Assembly: GCA_027001995.1 (NCBI GenBank)
Contig: JALTLO010000032.1
Span: 987-25,370, forward strand
Length of the DNA stretch: 24,384 nucleotides
Reading direction: 5' to 3'
Source: Planctomycetota bacterium
Lineage (GTDB): Bacteria > Planctomycetota > GCA-002687715 > DRQF01
The notes beneath the pieces are model-generated. The model saw nothing but the letters and a program-made list of their open reading frames with translations, ran no database searches and was not told the DNA's origin. Positions 16,582 through 24,384 of the stretch are shown here, piece after piece (the first letter of the stretch is position 1; every line of letters starts with the position of its first letter). A program made the position numbers and the translations under genes.

Positions 16582-18474
16582 ATGATCACGCGAAAACTCA
16601 GACAACTTCTTATTGTTGCACCAATTCTTCTTCTGCAAGCCTGTGGAGGCGGCAGTGGTGGGAGCCCTGATAATGGAGCTTCCGTGCTCAATTCCCAACT
16701 TGCTATCGCTTCTAATTACACCGGAGGTGTGGTGGGCATGGGGACCTTGGCCTTCGCCATGGTGAGCGAGCTGGAGCAAGGTGGCACCGATTTGAATGGA
16801 GACGGTGATTTTGCTGACAATGTCATGTTCATGATCGACTCCATCACCGGCACTCGGACGAACTTGGGTGTCGCCGCTACCGTTGGTGTGGCGACGAACG
16901 ATACTCATATCGCTTGGGGTGTCTCTGAAGCCTCCCAAGGTGGTGTGGACATGAATGGGGATGGTGACATGGGAGATCGCGTTGTTGTGGTCTTTGATCC
17001 GTCGTTGCCCGTTTCTCCAGCGAATCCCTTCAATACGGGGATGAGCATCGACGAGAATTCTCCCCTAATAGGGTCAGGAAACCTTTTCGTTTTCGCCACG
17101 AATGAGATCAACCAAGGAGCAGATCTCAATGGCGATGTAAACCTGAACGATTTTGTTGTTCACTCCTTTGACACGTCGTCAATGACGTTGTTTAACACAG
17201 GCCTGGCCACCGTTGACTTCAATTTTAGAACACGATTTGACTTCTTCATCTTTGCTGCCAGCGAGGCATCCCAGGAGACAGGAATGGGGGGGGCAGCGGC
17301 CGATTTGAATAGCGATGGCGACAGTGGTGATACCCTCTTGTACTTGGTTAATCCGTCTATGGCGATGATCACAGGATTGCCCCGAGCCATCGTGCCCGCT
17401 TCTTATGGCATCTACGGGAGTGCCGCTATGCCTGTTCTTGCTTTTAGCATCGACGAAGCAAACAGCGGCGCGGTCTCGTTCAACTCGTCTGGGTTGACCA
17501 GCGACTTTGACGCTCAGGATTCCATTTGTGCTGTCTTTGATGTCAACACCATGACGGAGACAATACCTGGAGGAGGGATTGCTGTAGAATCTCTGCGCTA
17601 TTCTGGATCAGCAACACGTTTGGTTTTCTCTGTATCAGAAACAGAGAACGCCGATAATGGCACCGACTTTAATGCAGATGGTGACACCTCAGACGTCGTC
17701 CCCTTCTGGCTGGACCTGGCGAACCCTGCCGTGATTCACAACGTGGGCATTGCTCAAGACGATGGCACAAGCGGATTTCCCTTGGTCTGTGGTGAGTCCA
17801 TCTTGATTCTGGCGGACGAGGCTGCTCAAGGACCGAATGGAACCAATTATAATGGTGCCCTCGGTGATGTCGATTTCCAGGACACGGTCTTCTTCCATGT
17901 GAACACAGTGGGGGGCGTGACGGTGCCCACCAATCTGAATTTCGCTGGGAATGAAGGTCTTTGTTCTGATGTGGCCTTCGACTTCTTGACCGTCATTGCC
18001 AATGAATCTGCTAATGGTTCGAGTGACCTCAACAACGATGGGGACACAGGGGATGAGATTGCTTACTTCTTTTCGATTACTGCCGGTGTCGTTTCCAACG
18101 CACCTACCCAAGTCGGATCCAGTGGCAATACAGTTTTGCAAGACTGCGGCACATCTGTTCGCTACCTTTCTTTTGCACCAGAAAACTCAAGCATTGCTTT
18201 CGGCGATGCCAACAATGATGGTGATTTTGATGACCATGTTTTGCTGACCGCCCAAATCAACAAGGCGGATGGCTCTCTCATTGGGACACGGGTTTTAGGA
18301 AGCATCGAAACGAATGCGGCCACCAGTGCCTTCCCTATTCTCCTCAGCGATTCCATCGTGGCATTCCCAACTGGGGAAGGGACTGTGGGGCCAGGCGTCA
18401 ACTACAATGCCAATATGGGGGACACCGACATCGCTGATTCCATCTTGTTCTTGGGGCGTCTGGACTGCCCTTGA
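16582..18474 (+). CDS. Lipoprotein with about 10 DxNxDGDxxD repeats (putative Ca-binding beta-propeller)
   Basis: Signal MITRKLRQLLIVAPILLLQA|CGGGSGGS; GAGG SD; repeating unit of roughly 55-62 aa. Confidence 0.85.
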   Translation: MITRKLRQLLIVAPILLLQACGGGSGGSPDNGASVLNSQLAIASNYTGGVVGMGTLAFAMVSELEQGGTDLNGDGDFADNVMFMIDSITGTRTNLGVAATVGVATNDTHIAWGVSEASQGGVDMNGDGDMGDRVVVVFDPSLPVSPANPFNTGMSIDENSPLIGSGNLFVFATNEINQGADLNGDVNLNDFVVHSFDTSSMTLFNTGLATVDFNFRTRFDFFIFAASEASQETGMGGAAADLNSDGDSGDTLLYLVNPSMAMITGLPRAIVPASYGIYGSAAMPVLAFSIDEANSGAVSFNSSGLTSDFDAQDSICAVFDVNTMTETIPGGGIAVESLRYSGSATRLVFSVSETENADNGTDFNADGDTSDVVPFWLDLANPAVIHNVGIAQDDGTSGFPLVCGESILILADEAAQGPNGTNYNGALGDVDFQDTVFFHVNTVGGVTVPTNLNFAGNEGLCSDVAFDFLTVIANESANGSSDLNNDGDTGDEIAYFFSITAGVVSNAPTQVGSSGNTVLQDCGTSVRYLSFAPENSSIAFGDANNDGDFDDHVLLTAQINKADGSLIGTRVLGSIETNAATSAFPILLSDSIVAFPTGEGTVGPGVNYNANMGDTDIADSILFLGRLDCP

Positions 18475-18544
18475 TTCGGCTCACGCATGAGAACGTGATC
18501 GCTGTTTTGGCACTTGGCCAAGCAGATACCGACTTGCAACAGAG

Positions 18545-18578
18545 AATGGTCGGCACCTCACCCGTGCCGGCCATTTTT
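18545..18578 (+). terminator. Rho-independent terminator of the lipoprotein gene
   Basis: Stem ATGGTCGGCAC / GTGCCGGCCAT (one G-U pair), 7-nt loop, ending in a T run (TTTTT). Confidence 0.75.
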
Positions 18579-18661
18579 CAGTGGATAGCTGACCGCGTTC
18601 TTCGTCTTTGAATCCATCCACGTTAGGTTGATTTTCTGGAAATTGATGTCAGAGATGCCAT

Positions 18662-18760
18662 TGGCCTGAGATGCAACCGGACTTATCGTATGATGAGTGG
18701 GATCCTTCGCTCATCATTTAGGCCACAGGTATTGTGCGGCTATGGAAGGATAGTCCCGCA
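18662..18760 (+). other. Candidate structured 5' leader upstream of the Mo/W-cofactor genes
   Basis: Nested and adjacent stems read by eye: 18662-18669/18718-18725, 18690-18699/18708-18717 and 18735-18743/18750-18760. Confidence 0.35.
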
Positions 18761-18828
18761 GCGAAGGGTGACAGGAAAGACAAAAAGCGCTCATGATCTG
18801 AATAGGTTGTGGGCCGCGAAGATAGCTC

Positions 18829-20334
18829 ATGACAATCAGAATTCACATTCCAACTCCTCTGCGACGCTATTCAAACAACGAGCCCTCGGTGATCGTTTCT
18901 GGAACGACTGTCGGTGAGGCTTTGGATGATTTGTTCCAAGCGCTCCCTGCATTCAGGATTCGCACCATCAACGAGAATGACGAGATTCATCCCTATCTCA
19001 TCATCATGGTGGGCGATGATGAGGTCCCCCGCGACGCTTGGCGGGATATTGCTCTTGCTGAAGACGATGAGATCGACATCATTCCCGCCGTGGAAGGGGG
19101 GAGTGATGTCCGCATGAAGGGGTTTCACGATCGCAGCTCTGTGGCACATGCCATGGATTGGGCCCTGGATTCTGTGACACCTCAGTTTGAGAGGGCTCCA
19201 TTGAGCGCATTGGCCGGGCGTGTCTTGGGGAGTAGCGTTACAAGTACCGTGGATGTGCCGCCCTTTGATCGCTCGGCCATGGACGGTTTTGCGGTGGTCG
19301 CGGAAGACACTTTTGGTGCCACGCCTTATGCTCCTATCACTCTGACGATCTGCGGTGACTCCATGCCTGGTTGCCAAGACTTGCCCCAAGTCCAACGAGG
19401 GCAGGCCTGCCGCATCATGACGGGGGCACCCATGCCTCCTGGGGCCAATGCCGTGCTCATGGCTGAAGATTGTCAGGCCAAGGGCAATATCTTGGAGGCC
19501 TATGGTGATGTCAGCCCAAAGAAGAACGTTGGCAAGCGGGCAGAAGACATTGCTCAAGGGCAAGAAGTGCTTAGAAAAGGACGGCGTTTGAGGCCCCAGG
19601 ATGTTGGGCTATTGGCGAGTATCGGGCAAGGGGAAGCGAGAGTGTTTTCTCAACCGCGGGTCTCCATCCTGGTGACGGGTAACGAACTCTTGGCTCCAGG
19701 TGAGACTCCACGACCAGGCTTCATCGTGGACAGTAATTCTCCTATGCTGGCTGCTTTGGTCGACCGGGACGGAGGAGTTCTCGAAGGGCTTCACCGCTTG
19801 CCTGATGATCCAGACGAGATTCGGGCATTCCTGTCGTCGTTGTCCTGCGATGTTTTGCTTTGTGCCGGGGGCTCATCCGTCGGCCGAGAGGACTTCCTTC
19901 CTCTTCTGGTTGCTGAGCTGGGCAGCTTGCCAATCCACGGCGTGGCGATGCGACCCAGCGCTCCCACTGGTTTGGGAGTCATTGGTGGCCTTCCTATTTT
20001 CCTTCTCCCTGGTAATCCTGTCTCTTGCCTTTGCGCCTATGACCATTTCGCCGGTCCTGCGCTTCGGGCTTTGTCGGGTCGAGACTCAGGTTGGCCTTAT
20101 GAATCCAAGTCTCTGGTTTTGAGCCGTCGAATTTCTTCTCAGATTGGACGCCATGACTATGTGCGGGTGGCTGTTGATTCCGAGGGACTTGTAGCGCCCA
20201 TTGCTTTGTCTGGGGCCTCCTTGTTGTCATCAACAACTCAAGCGGATGGTTTTGTCTTGGTTTCTGAAGATTCAGAGGGTGCTGACGAAGGACAGAAGGT
20301 TGTTGTCTATCTCTATGACCGGTTCAGAGCTTGA
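18829..20334 (+). CDS. moeA: Fusion of a MoaD/ThiS ubiquitin-like sulfur-carrier domain with molybdopterin molybdotransferase MoeA
   Basis: Residues 1-91 are beta-grasp-like (IPTPLRRY, TVGEALDDL, DEIDIIPAVEGG). MoeA motifs follow: DVPPFDRSAMDGFAV, IMTGAPMPPGANAV, TGNEL, DSNSPML, GGSSVG and LPGNPVS. Confidence 0.93.
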   Translation: MTIRIHIPTPLRRYSNNEPSVIVSGTTVGEALDDLFQALPAFRIRTINENDEIHPYLIIMVGDDEVPRDAWRDIALAEDDEIDIIPAVEGGSDVRMKGFHDRSSVAHAMDWALDSVTPQFERAPLSALAGRVLGSSVTSTVDVPPFDRSAMDGFAVVAEDTFGATPYAPITLTICGDSMPGCQDLPQVQRGQACRIMTGAPMPPGANAVLMAEDCQAKGNILEAYGDVSPKKNVGKRAEDIAQGQEVLRKGRRLRPQDVGLLASIGQGEARVFSQPRVSILVTGNELLAPGETPRPGFIVDSNSPMLAALVDRDGGVLEGLHRLPDDPDEIRAFLSSLSCDVLLCAGGSSVGREDFLPLLVAELGSLPIHGVAMRPSAPTGLGVIGGLPIFLLPGNPVSCLCAYDHFAGPALRALSGRDSGWPYESKSLVLSRRISSQIGRHDYVRVAVDSEGLVAPIALSGASLLSSTTQADGFVLVSEDSEGADEGQKVVVYLYDRFRA

Positions 20335-20353
20335 TTCCAATGAGACGAATCCG

Positions 20354-22339
20354 ATGAAACAGAAGCAATTCCTCAACGTTGTGGACGATACGAAAGCCCA
20401 CGAACTCTTGGATTTGGCCTTTGGACATTTGGCACCCACTTCCGAATCTTGTTTGCTTCATCAGTCATGGGGCCGGACCTTGGCGAATGACGTCTGCGCC
20501 CAAGTGGATGTTCCGGGGTTTGATCGCAGCAACATGGACGGTTTTGCTATACGCGCGATGGACAGCTATGGAGCGGAAGAAAGGGAGCCCAAGCAACTCA
20601 CTGTCCAAGAAGAAGATGCCATTTCCGCCGGTCAGGTCGACGAAGAATCCCCCCAAGTCTTGCGCCGCCACTGCGCTATTCCGATTGCGACGGGGGGGGT
20701 GCTGCCACGGGGAGCCGATGCGGTCTTGATGGTGGAAGACAGTGCCCCTGGTGCCGAGAAGAGCACGATTGACGTCTTTCGTGCCCTGACCCCCGGAAGC
20801 AATGTGACCGGTGCTGGCTCTGACATAGGGCGGGGGGAGATTGTCCTCTATGCCGGGACCAAGTTAGGCTCGCGGGAGACGGCGCTCTTGGCTGCGGTGG
20901 GAGTGGACGAAGTTGAAGTTTGGCGCCTACCCCAAGTTGCAGTGTTGTCTACTGGCGATGAGGTGAAGGCACCGGGAACGTCTTTGAAGGTGGGCGAAAT
21001 CTATGATTCCAATAGCCGCGTCATTTGCGACGCTGTCCGTGAGCTGGGAGGAGAACCGCTTTTCTTGGGTATTTGCCCCGATGACGTGGTGATCCTCGAA
21101 GAGAAACTTCGACCTCTTTTCGCTGCCGATTCTCCTGTTGACTTGGTGATTCTTTCAGGTGGGACATCAAAAGGTAAAGGCGACCTCAATCACGCCGTCA
21201 TAAACAAGCTTGGCGAGGAACTTCCCGATTCTCAGGGTGTGATTGTTCATGGTGTGGCTCTGAAACCCGGAAAGCCAATTTGTGTAGCGCAAATAGCCTC
21301 CAAGCCTGTCGCTATTCTTCCTGGGTTTCCCACGTCAGCCATTTTTACTTTCCACGAATTCATAACGCCCATCTTGTTTCGCTTGACGGGGCGTTCTGGC
21401 GATGAACAGAGGGTCGTTCAAGCTCGATTGCCTATGACAATGAGGTCCGTGGCTGGGCGGACTGAATTCCTGTTAGTGGATTTGGTCCGTGGTCAGGATG
21501 GTCTTAGTGCCTATCCCTTGGGTGCCGGTTCTGGAAGTGTCTCGACGTTTTCTCGAGCGGATGGTTTCATTCGCATTCCCAAGCACCAAGAACGGGTGGA
21601 TGAAGGGGAAGACCTGATCGTTCAACTCATTGGCGCAAGTCCTAAGCCTGCGGACTTGGTAGCCATTGGCAGTCATTGTGTTGGCATGGACTATCTTCTG
21701 GGCCGTTTGGCCCGGATGGGTTTTCGCGTGAAGAATGTCTTGGTGGGTTCCCTGGCCGGATTGCGTGCCCGCAGCCGGGGGGAAGGTGATGTTTGTGGCT
21801 CTCACTTATTGAACGGTGAGACAGGGCTTTACAACGTTGATTTTCTCCCCGAGGGCGCTCAGATATTGGGGGGATATGGAAGAAGGCAAGGTATCGTTTT
21901 TCGCTTGGGTGATGCCCGCTTTGAAGGCAAAACGTTGGCGGAGATCACCGAAGAAATCTTGAGTAACCCTGATCTTCGCATGGTGAACCGTAACGTCGGG
22001 AGCGGGACACGGGTCCTCATTGACCGATTGCTCCAGGGGCATGAACCCCCAGGTTTTCACAGCGAATCAAAGAGCCACCACGGCGTTGCCGCCGGAGTTC
22101 GTCAAGGTCGCGGAGATTGGGGCATGACTCTCGACATCCTAGCCAAAGACCAAGGACTTGGTTTCGTCTTCGTGCAAACGGAAAGATTCGACCTCATAGT
22201 CGATGCCAAGAATAAGAAGAGCGAAGCCATCCTGGCTCTGGAAAGATTGTTGAACGACGAAGTCTGCAAGGAGGCCCTGAGAAGCATGGGACTATGCACA
22301 GCGTCAGATAAGATGATGTGCGATGACCATCTCATCTGA
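20354..22339 (+). CDS. moeA: Second MoeA paralogue with C-terminal PBP/LysR-substrate-binding-like domain
   Basis: DVPGFDRSNMDGFA, IATGGVLPRGADAV, STGDE, SGGTSKG, KPGKP and LPGFPTSA, then IGSHCVG, GYGRRQG and MVNRNVGSGTR. Start at ATG 20354 (MKQKQFL) or ATG 20315; the ORF-track start at 20201 lies inside the upstream gene. Confidence 0.93.
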   Translation: MKQKQFLNVVDDTKAHELLDLAFGHLAPTSESCLLHQSWGRTLANDVCAQVDVPGFDRSNMDGFAIRAMDSYGAEEREPKQLTVQEEDAISAGQVDEESPQVLRRHCAIPIATGGVLPRGADAVLMVEDSAPGAEKSTIDVFRALTPGSNVTGAGSDIGRGEIVLYAGTKLGSRETALLAAVGVDEVEVWRLPQVAVLSTGDEVKAPGTSLKVGEIYDSNSRVICDAVRELGGEPLFLGICPDDVVILEEKLRPLFAADSPVDLVILSGGTSKGKGDLNHAVINKLGEELPDSQGVIVHGVALKPGKPICVAQIASKPVAILPGFPTSAIFTFHEFITPILFRLTGRSGDEQRVVQARLPMTMRSVAGRTEFLLVDLVRGQDGLSAYPLGAGSGSVSTFSRADGFIRIPKHQERVDEGEDLIVQLIGASPKPADLVAIGSHCVGMDYLLGRLARMGFRVKNVLVGSLAGLRARSRGEGDVCGSHLLNGETGLYNVDFLPEGAQILGGYGRRQGIVFRLGDARFEGKTLAEITEEILSNPDLRMVNRNVGSGTRVLIDRLLQGHEPPGFHSESKSHHGVAAGVRQGRGDWGMTLDILAKDQGLGFVFVQTERFDLIVDAKNKKSEAILALERLLNDEVCKEALRSMGLCTASDKMMCDDHLI

Positions 22340-22406
22340 CACCGTATTGGGGGCAAGGTCAGGGCGTTGAATCTCGGAGATCGCTGAATCTATTGCTTGG
22401 CCCCAT

Positions 22407-22436
22407 GAGGCAGCCTTCGTAAGTGAAGGCTGCCTC
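22407..22436. terminator. Perfect 12-bp inverted repeat between convergent genes (probable terminator hairpin)
   Basis: GAGGCAGCCTTC-GTAAGT-GAAGGCTGCCTC; no adjacent U-tract on either strand. Confidence 0.6.
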
Positions 22437-22460
22437 CCCGAATGGTTTTCTTAGAAGACG

Positions 22461-24149
22461 TTAAGGGATCGCGATGATCTGCAGTCCATTGGACGCCTGA
22501 ATTGTTGGGCCAATTTCGATGAACTGGACGTTAACTCGGGTGCCAGCGATGATCGGGTTTCGACGGGAAACCTCAGCAACCGCGAATTCACCGTTCACAT
22601 CGGCACTCAAAGTTGCTACGAGAAGCAAGTTTACCGGGTCGATGGCCACCAAGAGATCGAATCCGAAAACAGGGATATCCGCTTTCGCCAAACTTACCAG
22701 AACCAATCCCGAGCCTCCTGGTGTCGCACCAGAGCATTGCAGAGCTCCCGTCAGCAAATTGACATTCCCAAGCTCTGGCTGCCAAGTCAGGGTCAATCCG
22801 GATGGATTGCCCGAGTTTGAGCTGTAAGTGCTGACCGGTTTGACATCATTCAAGTAGACACGAATATTTCCACTTGGGCCATTGAATGAAGGAGAGAAGG
22901 AGCCGACAACCGTGTCGCTCTTGCCATCTCCATTGATGTCGCCGATATTGTCAACACTTTGAATCTGCGTGGTCAATTCCCCAGGTAGTTCTGCCACGAG
23001 GGACCGATTGGCCCCGGAGAAGACTTTGACGACGGGAAGACGCAAAGGAGCTCCAATGATACTGAGCCCCGATTGTGTAATGCAAAAGTCGTCGATCCCA
23101 TCACCGTCGGCGTCACCAAGTCCGGCGACTCGGCTACCAAATTCTAAAACCTGAATCTGATTGACAAAGGTGTGGATAACCGACTTGTCCTGCCCGGAAA
23201 AGATGCGAACGATGCCGAAAGCACTCGGATCTGGTGTCGGTGCTCCCACTTCGTTGATGATGAAATCTCCGAAGCCGTCACCATTGATATCACCAATTCC
23301 ATCCACACTCTTGCCTGCTCGGCTATTGGCAGACGTCCCAGGAACCGTATGAATCAAACTGCCGTTTGCTCCTGAAAAGACTTGGGCTCGTCCACGACCA
23401 CCAAAATTCGTGGGATTGAATTTCGGTTGTCCAACGATGAGGTCATTGGTTCCGTCGCCGTTTATATCACCGGCATTCGCAATGCTAGATCCACTGAGGA
23501 TGGAAGCAGGAGAAAGGTGCACACGGATCAAAGAACCATCGATACCGGAGAAAACTCGGACACGCGAGTTGGACGAGGAAGCGGAACTTCTTTGAGGCTC
23601 ACCGACAGCGAAATCATCGTGCCCATCGCCATTGATGTCACCCATTCCTGCAACTGACCATCCCGAAGTACGTCCCGGGGCCGTGGCAGGAATAAAGAAA
23701 AGGACGCTGCCGTCGAGACCTGAAAATACCTTCACAGATCCAGCTTTTGTGCCATTCGTTCCATCGTAGGGAATGCCCACCAGAATGTCGTCAAAGCCGT
23801 CATTGTTGACATCTCCAGCCTCGCTGACTGAAAATCCGAATCGGTCCCCTAAGGTGTCTCCAACAAGAGTGTGGAGGAGAGACCCATCAGCGCCAGAAAA
23901 CACCTCCACGAAGCCAATGACTGGGATCGGTCCGAGTAGTCCTCCCGACAGATCTCCTGGTTCACCCACCATAAAATCAGGAATGCCGTCACCATTCACA
24001 TCACCAGCGGCACTCACGTTGGAATGATTGAAGTGATGATCTGCTACGGCTTCGTTGTAGAATACGGAAGTCAACTGAGCATGAGTCCTGGCGCCAAGCA
24101 CGAGAAACAACATGCAGACGGACAGGTTCAAAAAATTCTTCATTCTCAT
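22461..24149 (-). CDS. Secreted FG-GAP repeat (integrin-alpha-like 7-bladed propeller) protein with C-terminal beta domain
   Basis: Signal peptide ending THA|Q; seven GD[VIA][ND]xDGxxD repeats each followed by a V[FY]SG-type strand; C-terminal domain of about 125 aa. Confidence 0.92.
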   Translation of the reverse strand: MRMKNFLNLSVCMLFLVLGARTHAQLTSVFYNEAVADHHFNHSNVSAAGDVNGDGIPDFMVGEPGDLSGGLLGPIPVIGFVEVFSGADGSLLHTLVGDTLGDRFGFSVSEAGDVNNDGFDDILVGIPYDGTNGTKAGSVKVFSGLDGSVLFFIPATAPGRTSGWSVAGMGDINGDGHDDFAVGEPQRSSASSSNSRVRVFSGIDGSLIRVHLSPASILSGSSIANAGDINGDGTNDLIVGQPKFNPTNFGGRGRAQVFSGANGSLIHTVPGTSANSRAGKSVDGIGDINGDGFGDFIINEVGAPTPDPSAFGIVRIFSGQDKSVIHTFVNQIQVLEFGSRVAGLGDADGDGIDDFCITQSGLSIIGAPLRLPVVKVFSGANRSLVAELPGELTTQIQSVDNIGDINGDGKSDTVVGSFSPSFNGPSGNIRVYLNDVKPVSTYSSNSGNPSGLTLTWQPELGNVNLLTGALQCSGATPGGSGLVLVSLAKADIPVFGFDLLVAIDPVNLLLVATLSADVNGEFAVAEVSRRNPIIAGTRVNVQFIEIGPTIQASNGLQIIAIP

Positions 24150-24384
24150 AGTAAAATCTTGCGGCCGAAATGGCCTCCTCTCGTAGTAGCACAGTACGCA
24201 CTCGGTAGGCAGAGCTTAGTATTTCGGGTCTAGCTTGGCAAAGAATTTCAGAATTATGATGAACTAAGCTTCGTGCTGCGTAGGTGGGCGTTGAGGGCAT
24301 TTCACGGAGAGGGAGCCAGGCTTGTCACGTTAGAAGGGTTTTTGGGGCAAGTCCGATTCGCTTCTGACGCCACGGGCGATGGCC

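Noticed and set aside
16780..18440. Recurring GAT/AAT/GGT-rich nucleotide motifs as a CRISPR or tandem DNA repeat
   Set aside because: They are degenerate and explained by protein-level DxNxDGD repeats; there is no identical repeat-spacer pattern.
18508..18524. TGGCAC...GC as a sigma54 promoter
   Set aside because: The GG-to-GC spacing is 11 rather than the required 10 nt, and it lies upstream of a terminator.
24169..24180. Strong SD GAGGAGG followed by ATT upstream of the FG-GAP gene as another non-canonical start
   Set aside because: The ATT is out of frame and only 2 nt from the SD; in-frame ATGs at 24149 and 24143 give a normal signal peptide.
2231..24300. Many shadow ORFs (e.g. 2373..3053 -, 9835..10428 +, 18871..19563 -, 17689..18141 -)
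   Set aside because: They are antisense or alternative frames lying within well-supported genes and carry no recognisable motifs.

Overview
Bacterial chromosomal window, densely coding, with no rRNA, tRNA or CRISPR array visible. The FG-GAP protein with a C-terminal beta-domain and the membrane-anchored carboxypeptidase-regulatory-like protein are of a style common in Planctomycetota (inference only). Contents left to right: a 5'-truncated hypothetical gene; an AlgI-type MBOAT plus AlgJ/AlgX-type SGNH O-acetylation pair; a small minus-strand cluster of exported proteins next to a dead IS256-family element and a 5'-truncated Fic gene; a minus-strand operon TerB-like > HAD > CysQ-like > DJ-1/YajL; an MFS transporter; three hypothetical or surface proteins; a tRNA-dihydrouridine synthase; a lipoprotein with about 10 DxNxDGDxxD repeats; a Mo/W-cofactor locus (MoaD/ThiS-MoeA fusion plus MoeA-PBP) behind a structured leader; and a 7-repeat FG-GAP secreted protein. 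The most notable points are (1) a ubiquitin-like sulfur carrier whose Gly-Gly terminus is fused in frame to MoeA, (2) two genes whose conserved N-termini can only be made from non-canonical ATC/ATT starts behind good Shine-Dalgarno sites, and (3) a candidate 10-bladed Ca-binding propeller lipoprotein. No database searches or folding computations were run, so novelty is unverified.
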